Below, piece after piece: positions 47,301 through 57,747 of a stretch of DNA of 64,000 nt. Under the pieces are notes generated by a model. The model did not search any database. It saw only the letters and a list, made by a program, of their open reading frames with translations, and had not been told where the DNA came from. Source of the stretch: Eukaryota sp. TZLM1-RC (Eukaryota; Protista; Metamonada: BaSk clade); NCBI GenBank assembly GCA_040285825.1, contig JAUPSS010000002.1, positions 2,604,001-2,668,000 of the forward strand. The letters are read 5' to 3'. The translations under genes and the position numbers were made by a program. Every line of letters begins with the position of its first letter. The first letter of the stretch is position 1.

Positions 47301-49740
47301 TCGTCTATATATGGTGTTCTGCAAAGACCGAGGGTGTCGATAAGAGAATCTCTAGAAACATTCGTTCCTTGCGGTTATGTTGGTATAGAGGGATTAACTG
47401 CAGATGCTTGTGTAAGAGTTACTTCACAAGAAACTCTCACAAATGCAAGAGGTCCTACAGAAAATGTACAAATATATTCATGTTTCTCTCTTCTGAAAGG
47501 AATGTTTCGCTCAGCTTAATAATGAATTTTGTCTTAGGAGGTGTCTCCTGCACAGGGATAGTTTTAGCTGGTGGCCATTAGTCCACTAAATGTGGTGCAT
47601 CTTTAAATCCTGTAGGTACCCCTGCTAATTTATGACCATATGGAAGACCACTTTTCTTTATTAAGACATTTTAAAAATATTTTGGTCGGACCAGCTATGA
47701 GCCGATGCCATAAGTTTTGCCATACACACATCAGGATAAACTAATATTAACTGGTTAGAGCCGACACGTTGTTCTTTCAATTCAATTACTATAGTACCTA
47801 TTTCTCTAACAAAGGATTCTTTGGCATAAAATTGAAAGGTATCGGCTCAAGATTCTTTGAATTTACCCCCAAACATAAACGAAATTTACGCAGTTAAATA
47901 TTTTGGGTGAACGTTCCTTTATTAACAATTGTTTTACAACGCCTCTAAGGTTTCTACTTTGCTGGTTATGTGGATACATTTTGGCTATCCAAAATAACCT
48001 ATCGTAGGCGTCTCGATTGCCACCATACTATATTTTGTGATCATCAATCGCATCCCTATGCCACTTGGCAGGCTTGGCAGTAATAGCTTGGTTTTCTAAA
48101 CGAGGAGCACTAAAAAAGCTATCCTCGACTGCGCTCATCCCGCACAATACCGCCGAATCAGTTAGATCATCTAATTTTTTCAAGAGATTAGGATTTTGAT
48201 CGTAATTTTTACAAAAGACATCGTCAAGTGTCTTGCCCAGGGCCTTTTCAAAAAGAAGGGGCTATGTTTTGCTCAATAGTCGCGCCTAGTTTTTTCACAT
48301 TAGGCTGAACCTACGTCTCCCGAAAGACGTTCGACTTCATTCTTAGCCTTTTGTAGTCATTCATCGTCACTCCAATCCATTGTATCATCGGGAGGATTGG
48401 CGATGAGGTCCAATAGAAACTCCCTTGTCACAGCCTCAAGCGCTATTGCCAATTTTTTCCAGCAGGACACTTGTGAAATTCTTTCAGTAAAAGCACAAAA
48501 TGGAGTTGGATTGGAAGGGTTTGTTCAACGAGGAGGTTCATCATCACTCTCGTCCACTTTCCTGATGTTATCCAAATTATGGGTTTCTTGGGTAACAAAT
48601 TGAAGATCTTCACTGAAGGTAGTCTCAGAAGTAGATGACGAGGGAGTCTTACGTGAAGATCCAGTCTTAGACTGTTGTTCACCCTTTTAGCCCTCCGTAC
48701 ATTCCTTGGAATGGTCAACATTCGCTAACGAACCGTACTTCAATAGTTCCCTCGGGGTAAGAAAGCTCCTTGTGTTAGGAAGGATACCCGAAGGATTGTA
48801 TGTGTACGGGGCTACTGGACTATTTATCTGTAGGATGACCTTTCTCCTTGTATGGAAGGTGACTTCTTTTCTGAGGGATAAGGCTCTTCTCAGCGGGAAG
48901 TTCACTCTCCAATGGAGGACTCTCCTTTGTGGGAGGATTACTCTTCCGCATGGAAGGATTATTGTTGATGTCATGGTCATCGGAGTCATTAATTGAAAAT
49001 GCTGTAAGGTTAGACATCTACACAGACAAGGAATAAGATATTTACTAAATTTCACTGGCCTTTACAAAGGACATCACTAGTGAAGTATATATGATAATAA
49101 ACGTACTAGGCTAATTGTCCATAATACAACAACATTGCTCGCTTGTTCATGATGCTCTTAAAGAATAACTGTTTGTCATGTACTTACGGCATTGTAGAAC
49201 CACATGTGCGTAAGTTGTCACCTGCAAGAGAAAAAATACGCCAATGGGAAACGTCGTGCTGAGTTAGTTACATCTGGTTCTGATGGAGTATACAAATTTG
49301 TAGCTTTTGAGATTACTCATGCTTGTAATGCATAAGCAGTGGATTTTGCGAAAACAATGAAACCCTAGTATGTTGTGCTGAAAATGCAAAGTTAATGGGC
49401 ACATGGAACCTTTATCTCAACTTGCTAGTGTTGAACATGTAAAATACCAGCTGGTTTTTTTTGCAGATTCTCAACGTTTGGTAACGTTGGAATTTTTGGT
49501 ATTAAATTTGTCAAAAGTTTCCTTTGTTTAATAAAAGAAAAAGTAGGAAAAAAATTTAACTTTAATTTCTGGCACAAAAATTGTGTTTTGCATTATCAAA
49601 GCCATAACATAGTTACAATTAGATATAGAATATAAAAATCGCGCACTCAAGAATTTGATGATGTTGATGCGTGTATTGACGATTTAGTTTGATGTTAATT
49701 GTTTTGTTTGATTTTGACAAATGAATTAGCTTTATAAATT
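44340..49740 (+). mobile_element. Decayed RLE non-LTR element split by LTR element L5 (pieces ~44340-44718 and 49135-49740)
   Basis: Joining the flanks restores LKCKFNITH.SLVHDALKE of the CCHC domain. Confidence 0.7.
44719..49134 (-). mobile_element. Decayed Ty3/gypsy element (L5): 5' LTR ~49000-49134, gag, PR, RT; deletion leaves only ~14 bp of the 3' LTR
   Basis: TG(C/T)TGTAAGGTTAG at both 44719 and 49000; imperfect TSD TTGA/TTGC; CLCKTNIHPEEKC knuckle, IDNGAA protease-like motif, LDL..FWQ and FGLKN RT motifs. Confidence 0.75.
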
Positions 49741-50009
49741 AAAGACAATCGTTACTGCTAAGTGGGTCTTAATTTTGAAATTTAAATCATGGTACTACAT
49801 CCCTGATTCTATTGCGAAACACAATGTTATGACATTGTAGATTTTTGAGAAAGCTACAGGTTGCGCCTCATTAATCAAGAACATTGATTACGCCATTCTG
49901 AAATAATCTGTAAAGAAGAAGAAGAAGTCCGTTGATACAGAGCTAATCATTATCTCTAGAGATGAAGCAATTTGCGTTAAAAAGGGATGAAGAAATAAAG
50001 AAATGAATT

Positions 50010-50400
50010 TTTGTCACATAAAATTTATTGCCGAAAACACTAAAATTGATAAACATAAAGCAAAGTTCCTATCTTTGTATGCTGACTCTCATACTCATTA
50101 TGTTGTTTGTCCGCGTGCTTTTTTCCTACATGGCACCCTTAAACCACTTGCTTTATCTTTCGTGGATGATTTTGTTGAAATTGTAAAACAACGTACATGA
50201 AGAATTTTTGACAAAACGTTTTGGCAAAACAAAATCGTATTTTTAATTTTTAAAGGTGTTGTCCCATTATTATCTTCTGCTTTATTATCTCTTAATCGTT
50301 TTTGTGAAGGACGAACTTCCAATCAATTCTTTTTGGTGGGTTTGGGAAATGGAGATTTAGAATTTTAAATTTGTTGTTTTACTGGTTGGAATAAATGTAA
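50010..50400 (+). mobile_element. Short 3' fragment of RLE non-LTR element
   Basis: K..K..V.P..F..HG.L...A..F.DDF..IVK.RT..FWQNKIVF, followed by AATAAA. Confidence 0.65.
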
Positions 50401-51189
50401 ATGTTGAAATATAATTTAAATCGCATGGCTAAAATTAAGCAAAATAATTTTAAATTGATTTTTTAAAAATGAATCGGGAGTGGTGCACTATTATCTTTTT
50501 CATATGATAACAATAAAACTAACTTATTTTTAAGTTTAAGCGATAATTACAATGTTGCTCTGCGACATAAAATGTTATCAGCAGGAATAGGAAAATATAA
50601 ACTAGGTTTTACCTGAAATACTGAGCTTGCAACATATTTTCAGTCAACGTTCATGGTTACCATTCTACATCATCTACGATTTTAGTAATTTTAGAGTAGG
50701 CCATGTGCGGCGGAGGAAGCGATGGCCAAGGCGCAATGAAACCAAGCATAGATTTATGTACCAATTCATTTTAACCCTGGTTTTTAACATTTCATGAAAT
50801 AAATTATGAATAGAAGAAAGTTTCATTGTTATGTTCTGAATCTAATCAAAAGATTCTGTCTTTGACAGTCTGTCTGAGTAGTTTCAAAAGTTTTTATATT
50901 GAACATTACAATGTTACTTCGTCAAAGTAGAGAGTTGGGGATAATTTGTTTTTACTGAATATGAACCTAATTTCATAAACATTAAGAATGGCCAGTTTTA
51001 TATTCGAAATAGTTTATCCGAAGAGAAATAGAGAGTCCAAAAATAGATTAAGAAAATAATTATTGGAATTAATTTAAATCTTTATTTATATTTTCTATTC
51101 CTGAACTAACTAAACACACTACAACAAAGACAAAAAAATGGTTTAAATGAAGAAAAAACAACTCGAATCAAGGCAACATAAACAGTACA

Positions 51190-51260
51190 TAGAAAAACAA
51201 TGAAAAAACAATGAAAAAACAATGAAAAACAATGAAAAACAATGAAAAAACAATGAAAAA
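51190..51260. repeat. Minisatellite (A5-6CAATG)n, about 6 units
   Basis: Direct reading of the tandem AAAAAACAATG/AAAAACAATG units. Confidence 0.85.
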
Positions 51261-51381
51261 TGAAAGTAATATTTGCACATGTACACACCATAAATCATTT
51301 GGAGTAACGATGCTTAAAAGCATAGAACTTTGTAATTAATTAATTAAAAATTAATTAAATAGATTCACATACGGCATCAAA

Positions 51382-52449
51382 CTATCTCAAAGATAAAAAG
51401 AAATCGATTGTATACGTCAGCAAAACGTCATCTGTATCAATATCGGAGACTAACTCAAGCACTTTTGATTTGATTGATTGAGGAACTTCCGATGTCCTCC
51501 AAAAATAATAAAAGCAGTTTAAAACTAATGCCAAACTTTCAAGATTCCATTTACATGATTCTTGGTTAATTAATCTTGATAAGATTTGAATAAGAAAAGG
51601 AATTTTGTCCAAATTATTACTATTTTTAATTAAATCAATGTAAAATTTTAAATAGAAAGGAATAAAAGGCTCACAATTTCGAGAGTTAAAATTACATTGA
51701 ATTAGGGTTTCGACCAATTCAATTGCTTCGCTAATCTCTGTAAAGTTTGTATTAAACCAATTAAGAACTGATGACGTGATGAGTCTTCTCCTGTCTTCAT
51801 TTTTGACCCTTGGTACGGTGTTGATTACTTGATTGAAGGCAGTTGGATTTGATTGATTGACAAATTGATACAAAAAAGTGCCCAAATGTGGAATGTCTGA
51901 ATCACAATAAAGTGAAATAGCTTTTAAAACAATGTCCTGAAATTCAAAAGAATTACTGTCGAATTTAGTAGACATGATTAAACGGTGACCAATTTGTAAG
52001 GTCAGCAGGTCAAAATCAGATTTGATTGATTGAAATTGATGGAAACCAGACTGCTGGATGATTAAGTCGGGGTAATAAGCCACAATTACGCAAATTAATT
52101 TATAAATTTTATTAATTATTGCTTCCTTTATTTCCAAAGTAGTGATTAAAGTAAACAATTTGCGCAAATCAGGTGGTGACGACTGCTGACTCAGCAAATA
52201 GTTAGCGAAAGGATTGGCAATGTCTGCAAGAAAAAGTGGTTGTATCCTGGGACGAAGACTGGAAAATGAGATGTAAAAAGAGGAAAGGATAGTGTCAGGG
52301 GAAATGCTTGGCGGTATGGATACAGAAGAGAGATGAGGTGCAAGGAAAAGAAGGAATTCCTTTGGGTTTGTTGAAGTACAAAGGTCCACAAAGGCAGAAT
52401 CAGGAACGGGTGGAGGGTTGGCAAAGAAGTCAGAAATGGGGTCATTCAT
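51382..52449 (-). CDS. Hypothetical alpha-helical protein
   Basis: 355 aa ORF preceded by the shared ATTGTTATAGAC leader. Confidence 0.6.
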   Translation of the reverse strand: MNDPISDFFANPPPVPDSAFVDLCTSTNPKEFLLFLAPHLSSVSIPPSISPDTILSSFYISFSSLRPRIQPLFLADIANPFANYLLSQQSSPPDLRKLFTLITTLEIKEAIINKIYKLICVIVAYYPDLIIQQSGFHQFQSIKSDFDLLTLQIGHRLIMSTKFDSNSFEFQDIVLKAISLYCDSDIPHLGTFLYQFVNQSNPTAFNQVINTVPRVKNEDRRRLITSSVLNWFNTNFTEISEAIELVETLIQCNFNSRNCEPFIPFYLKFYIDLIKNSNNLDKIPFLIQILSRLINQESCKWNLESLALVLNCFYYFWRTSEVPQSIKSKVLELVSDIDTDDVLLTYTIDFFLSLR

Positions 52450-53046
52450 TCTTGTAGAGATGGTCTATAACAATAGATATTGATAAAATAATCACTTTGG
52501 AGTAACCAACTATATTTTTGAATTGAATCACTATGGGAATTTCCCATAAATACACGATCAATTTTTGTGTGGAATAATTACAAAAACTATCAACTACACA
52601 GATTCTGAGGCCTTTCATTACCACTCATTCTGGCTTCAGCAATTGCAAACATATTCAGACAAGCCAGCTTATTTCTATTGATAAGCTTTGTTGAGCCTTT
52701 GTTACCCAGTTTGCAACTCTCACTATTACAAGCTGATAAACCATGACATGTAGTAACTGGAGTCTTTTCTCTTCTATAGAATCTGGGATTTGCGACTCTC
52801 AAAAACGTAGCAACCTTTTCAAAACAAACAGGACATTTTGCTGAAGTGAAAGCTTCATTAATCATCAATACTTCAAATCCATTCCTTTTCAGAAATTGAA
52901 TCCATCCAATGCCTCGAGTAGGCCTATGATGTTTCCAATTTTTGGAACCTTTTTTACCAGAATCACCCATTAGTATTAAAATGTCTTTTTGATTGCCAAA
53001 CTGGTGAACAAGATTTTTTAATAACCAACTTTCAGTCTTTTGCTTG

Positions 53047-55332
53047 ACTTCAGATGCTTTTTTAAATAGTCAACAACATCAATATATTTTCAATTTGGAT
53101 TTCAAAAATGCTTTCAATTCTGTGAAACGTAATTGTATTTTTGATGTGATTCTTCATGATTTTCCTGAACTTTCTGCATATTTTTATTTATTTTGTGGAA
53201 AAAAATCAGACTTAATTTTTGACTCCTTTACCCTTGAATCTTCTTCTGGTGTGAAACAAGGTGATCCTCTTGGCCCTTTGCTGTTTTGTTTGGCTATTCA
53301 TAATATTATTAAAATGACACAACAAGATTTCCCTGATTTGCGTATTGTTGCCTATATGGATGACATTTCTATTATTGGTTCTTTTGAAAGCATTTCTAGG
53401 GTTTCTGAAGACATTGCGGCGAAATACAAAGAAATTGGTTTAGCTTTGAACCCATCTAAATGTCTCTTGATTGGTAAAGAAAAACAATCTTTGATGATTG
53501 GTGGAGCTCAGATTCCTTTTATCAATTACGACCAACAAGCTTTTAAGTTTCTTGGATGGTGGCTTGGCAATTTGGATGAAATTTATTCCCAGTTAAACAA
53601 TTTATTGGAGAAGTTTGACAAGGATCTTAGTTTTATTGCTGAATGTGACATTGAGAAACAAATCAAATTTTTTATTTTAAAAATTTGTTATTCTGGAAAA
53701 TTGACTCATATTTTAAGGTCAACTCCCCCTTCGGTTTCTCTCAATTTTTGCAGATCTTTTAACAAACTTCGAGTCAAATTTTTTTCTTCTTTATTAGAAG
53801 TAAATGAATCTTTAATTCGAAGTCATGTATTTTGTTCAGCAGATTTGGGTGGAATTGGATTCACCAAATCTTCGATTCTGTGTAAAGCAACATTTTTGGG
53901 AGGTGGTAAAAATTTTGTTTTTGAATTTTTCCAAAGGTTCCCTTTTGATGTTCATCTGATCAATGGTGAATCAAATTTTTACTTGAATCAACTGCAATTT
54001 ATTGAATTTGCACACTTGATTAAATTAAATCATAACTAATGGGACGACTATCATTAAACCAAGATTTCCTCTACAAAATCTTGATTTGCTTGCTGTCTAG
54101 CTAAAGCTTCTCTAATTCGATTGAAAAACCGCGGTAATCTATTAATAATGGCAAATTGAATCCGTGAACGCCATAAAAAAATATCAAATCTTTTCATTGT
54201 TTTTTCTTTCACCATTTTTTGGAAGTCATCCAAAAAACTGCAATTTGAATTAGAAAATTTGCCTAGTGATATCTGGATTCAGTGTTTTCCTCAAAATGTT
54301 CAAGAAATTCCCACCTGATCACTTCCAAATTTACGTTTTTGCTTGAAAAAGCTTCAGCACCATCTGGTTAAATTATATGAAGGCTTGGATTATGAAGTAA
54401 GACTTGGCTTGGCCAAAACTAAAAATCCCGCTTTCGGTAATTTTTTAAAGGATATTCGTGATAGTTCAGCTGCTGCTTTAGTAACTCAAGTTCCCTCTGT
54501 TTATGGACTTTTGTTAAAAAACAATGAATGGCTTCTAAACATGCGTTTTCGTTGTTTTCTGTGGCCAAACAATTTGCCCAATCATTTAACTTGTAAATGT
54601 GGTAAACCTCTTTTGTTTACTCATCTTTTTGAACTGCAAACATTTCATTACGTTTAGAAGCAAAGTGCATAATAACGTCAGGGACCAAATTTATGTAATG
54701 TGCAAATCATATCGAGTAGATTCCTTTTTAGAACCGCTGTTATCAAAATTAATTCTTGATGATCCCAATATTGATAGTACGCGTTACAACAGAGCTTCTA
54801 TGGGTCTGACTAGAGGTGATCTAGTTGTTCCTGGTTTAAATGGTAGTTTTACTATTTTGGACGCCATGTCTATTGACCCTTGTAATTCCTCTAACGAACA
54901 TCTCATTAACTCGGATGTAAATAATCCTCTTCTTGCAGGCGAAAAATATAAAATTGCTGAATATGCGAAACCCATTTCCTCTGTTAATGAAAATTCTCAT
55001 GCCCAATATAATTTATGTCCATTTGTTTTTTCTTTGCTTGGATCTCTAGGTAAGGCTGCTATGGCTTTCCTCGAGGATTTTGTTGTAGATGTAAAGGAAA
55101 GAACTGGAAGAATTTTCAATCGTGTTTACTGGCAAAACAGGATTGTATTTTCTATTTTTAAGGGAATGGTAAAACTAATTTCTGATTCACTATCTTCTTT
55201 TGGGAAATTTTCTGAATCTTTAGCAATTAATTGTTTTGATGTAGGGGAGGCAAGTTTTGAGGATGTGGAGTTTTAATTGTGAATTTAATATTTGTTGTTG
55301 AATAAAAATTAGTAGGTCAAAAAACAAAAAAA
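53047..55332 (+). mobile_element. 5'-truncated CRE-like RLE non-LTR retrotransposon (family 1) with RT, CCHC and RLE
   Basis: LDFKNAFNS, GVKQGDPLGPLLF, YMDD, LGGIG; A-rich tail; 13-bp TSD AGTCTTTTGCTTG at 53034-53046 and 55333-55345. Confidence 0.93.
54001..54235 (-). mobile_element. Family 2 RLE 3' end inserted antisense into the family 1 element
   Basis: Reverse complement of ~27110-27335; 11-bp TSD AACTGCAATTT at 53990-54000 and 54236-54246. Confidence 0.88.
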
Positions 55333-56360
55333 AGTCTTTTGCTTGTGAATAAAAGCTTGCATTTTATTAATGTTCCACAAGTCAAGACTATAAAAGTCAA
55401 TTGTCAAAAACACTTGCCGAAGTTTGGACAGAGTTTGAAAACTCTATTAATGTTGCTGAATTGGCAGCAAACGTGGATAATTCAGTGTTTGCATCTTGGA
55501 TTGTCAGTTCGTTAGACTCTATCATTTGGTTCCTGTCGTAATCTACCTCAATATACTTTGTCGCCCATCGTTTTTGCTTTTCATTCATCCTACTTTTCAA
55601 AGACCAGGACATCTGAGTCATTCTTAACCATTTGAATTTCTTGTGTTGATTCATCACCCGACTATTTCTTTGCTGTTCGGTTTGATGTTCAGGCACAATG
55701 GCTAGGTCTTGATCAGTCTTTTTACTCCCAAAATACAATAAATCACGTTTTCCAGGATCACAAACAACAATTCGTTTGTCTTGAAAAGTATCAACATCAA
55801 CATCATCAATATAAATCAGAAATACTAGCCTTGTTGTGCATCTTACATTTCTGACCTTGTAAATGCCGACAAACAAATTCTACTGCAATATTAAATCCAT
55901 CTGTATGGATAATGTTGTTGAATTTATAGCTCTTCTGTTTAAACATTGGTTGGTTTAAATCGATGTGTATGTAATAGGTTATATAGACTATGCAAAGAAT
56001 TTCCTAAATTCTTTTTCAATCTTCATCAACCTCCACTTAAGTCTTGACCGCCAAGGTTGTTGTATTTCAAAGATACAGCACATAATTGAGTAGTCAATAT
56101 CCATAGATTAACTCTACAGATTTGACAATTTTATAAGAACCAAATTCATTAATCAAAAAGAAAATATAGCTCATTAAAGTGGTGAGAAAGCAGATATTGA
56201 CTTTAGTTCAGCTTGTCATCAAATATTAACTCTGGTATCATCAAAACAATGGTGAAAATAAATTGATTTATGGAATAAAGTATAAACAAAAGTCAAAAAA
56301 AGTCAAAAAGTCAAAAATGATGATAAAGAATCAAGATAATTTGGAATTATTTGGCTCAAA

Positions 56361-57668
56361 TCACCTTCTTGTTCGATAGTATTCAGCAAAATAAAGTACT
56401 GTGATCAAAGGTTGCCCAACAATTAAATTGAGCCAAACTATAACGTTTCCAATTATGGGATATTTTGTACCAATTTTGATAGAAATCGGAATGCAGACAG
56501 ACTGCAGAACAATTCCTATGAAGAAATAGGGACGAAATACTTGAAATGCGGAGGCCATTATAAACTCATGAAAAAAAGCAGAAACGATGAACGTCAACAA
56601 AGAAGAATTCATTCTAGAAATACCAAAAGTTTGTCTTCCTTCACAGTAAACGTGAGTCTTCAGCCATTGATGAGTGAGAGTGTTCCAATCTGACCAGAAA
56701 CGGTTCAAAGTAGAGCTATTCCACCAACTACCATAGAAATTACGATCTTTAAAACGTAAAACTTCAGCTGTGATGTTTAATCCACAGAAAAATATAATAA
56801 AAAACCCTAATAACCAAACAATATTAGCAGGAATTAATAATTGTAAAACTAAATGAATTAATTTTAATGGGGTTAAATCCTTAATATCAGAATGTTCCAA
56901 CACTGGAGAAAGAAATTGTACAAATACCAGATAACAAACAACACAGCCAGAAATAAGCAAAATGAACCGTTCAACAATTAAATTTAAATTCCTTTTTTCA
57001 ATTAATTCAAAAGAAGGTTGGTAAACAAATGTTGGAGCACACAAAAAATACAAAAAATTCCTGAATCTTACTACTTGAGGAAAGGATACAGTATCCAGAG
57101 GACTTGACCATATGGAATCTTCTTTGGGGTTATTCAAGTGGGGAAAAGGGTGAGGTATTCTGTTCAAGGAGTAGAGGCATAAGAGCCGACATGATCTAAT
57201 GTATGAAAAACATTTTAAAAACAATGAAGTTGAAAATAAAAGGACAACTCCGGTGACAAAGGGGGAAACATGGACACGAATTATGAGATAAGGTGGAAGG
57301 AGCAGAAGACCAGAAAAGAGAAGAAAGATCAGAATTCTAAAGACTAAAGGAGACTTCATATATCCGTGGGCCTTAAGATACTGGACAACAAAAACGAGAA
57401 GTGCTATGGTAAAGCCAACAAAGTATATGGAGATTCCAAAGTAAACACGTTCAAATAAAAGAGAAAAGACAAAGCGATCTACCAAGAAACCTGTCCTAAG
57501 GAGACTTGATAGACCCAGTAGTATACATGCAAAGAAAAGAAGCATGAAAGCTAATACTATGAAGCCTTCAAAACCACTCAAAGGACGTCTAACGTTTGTG
57601 ATAAACGACGTTGCTATTTCCTCTTTAACTTGTTTAAACTCATCACGTAAGCGCACTCTGTGAGTCAT
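56361..57668 (-). CDS. MBOAT acyltransferase, DGAT1/sterol O-acyltransferase family
   Basis: LK..SY, YFLCAPTFVYQ, LN..AE.LRF.DR.FY..WWN, FW..WN...H.WL..H.Y, SAFFHE motifs. Confidence 0.9.
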   Translation of the reverse strand: MTHRVRLRDEFKQVKEEIATSFITNVRRPLSGFEGFIVLAFMLLFFACILLGLSSLLRTGFLVDRFVFSLLFERVYFGISIYFVGFTIALLVFVVQYLKAHGYMKSPLVFRILIFLLFSGLLLLPPYLIIRVHVSPFVTGVVLLFSTSLFLKCFSYIRSCRLLCLYSLNRIPHPFPHLNNPKEDSIWSSPLDTVSFPQVVRFRNFLYFLCAPTFVYQPSFELIEKRNLNLIVERFILLISGCVVCYLVFVQFLSPVLEHSDIKDLTPLKLIHLVLQLLIPANIVWLLGFFIIFFCGLNITAEVLRFKDRNFYGSWWNSSTLNRFWSDWNTLTHQWLKTHVYCEGRQTFGISRMNSSLLTFIVSAFFHEFIMASAFQVFRPYFFIGIVLQSVCIPISIKIGTKYPIIGNVIVWLNLIVGQPLITVLYFAEYYRTRR

Positions 57669-57700
57669 TCTTATAGATATTGTCTATAACAATGAAATAA
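57669..57700 (-). promoter_or_regulatory. Shared pre-ATG leader motif, copy before the DGAT gene
   Basis: Reverse complement of 57681-57700 is a 20/20 match to 22048-22067, 12 nt upstream of the ATG. Confidence 0.6.
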
Positions 57701-57747
57701 CAGAATGAAAGGTGATCTTATCTTTACCAAACAAATGTCTTGACCAG

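Larger units (their letters stand above)
52590..55970 (-). pseudogene. Fanzor remnant D (RuvC-I/II/III), split by a non-LTR insertion at 53047-55332
   Basis: FNNIIHTDG, IVVCDPGKRD (RuvC-I), HKQKTE across the insertion, LMGD, INEAFTSAKCPVC, CHGLSAC, NRNKLACLN, ERPQNLCS*. Confidence 0.9.

Noticed and set aside
48987-49001. Palindrome equivalent at the 5' LTR junction of L5 (CATTTTCAATTAATG)
   Set aside because: Only CATT/AATG pair and the element is heavily decayed; not counted as support
50698-50735. GC-rich GGCCAT..ATGGCC hairpin
   Set aside because: Single short stem with no recognisable RNA family or second copy
55977-55989. GGTTATATAGAC as an inverted left end of Fanzor D
   Set aside because: Short imperfect match in AT-rich DNA, with no TSD identified
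57712-57747. GTGATC..GACCAG 5' intron before the LRR gene
   Set aside because: Does not fit donor or branch spacing, and joining to the upstream ATG gives an immediate stop
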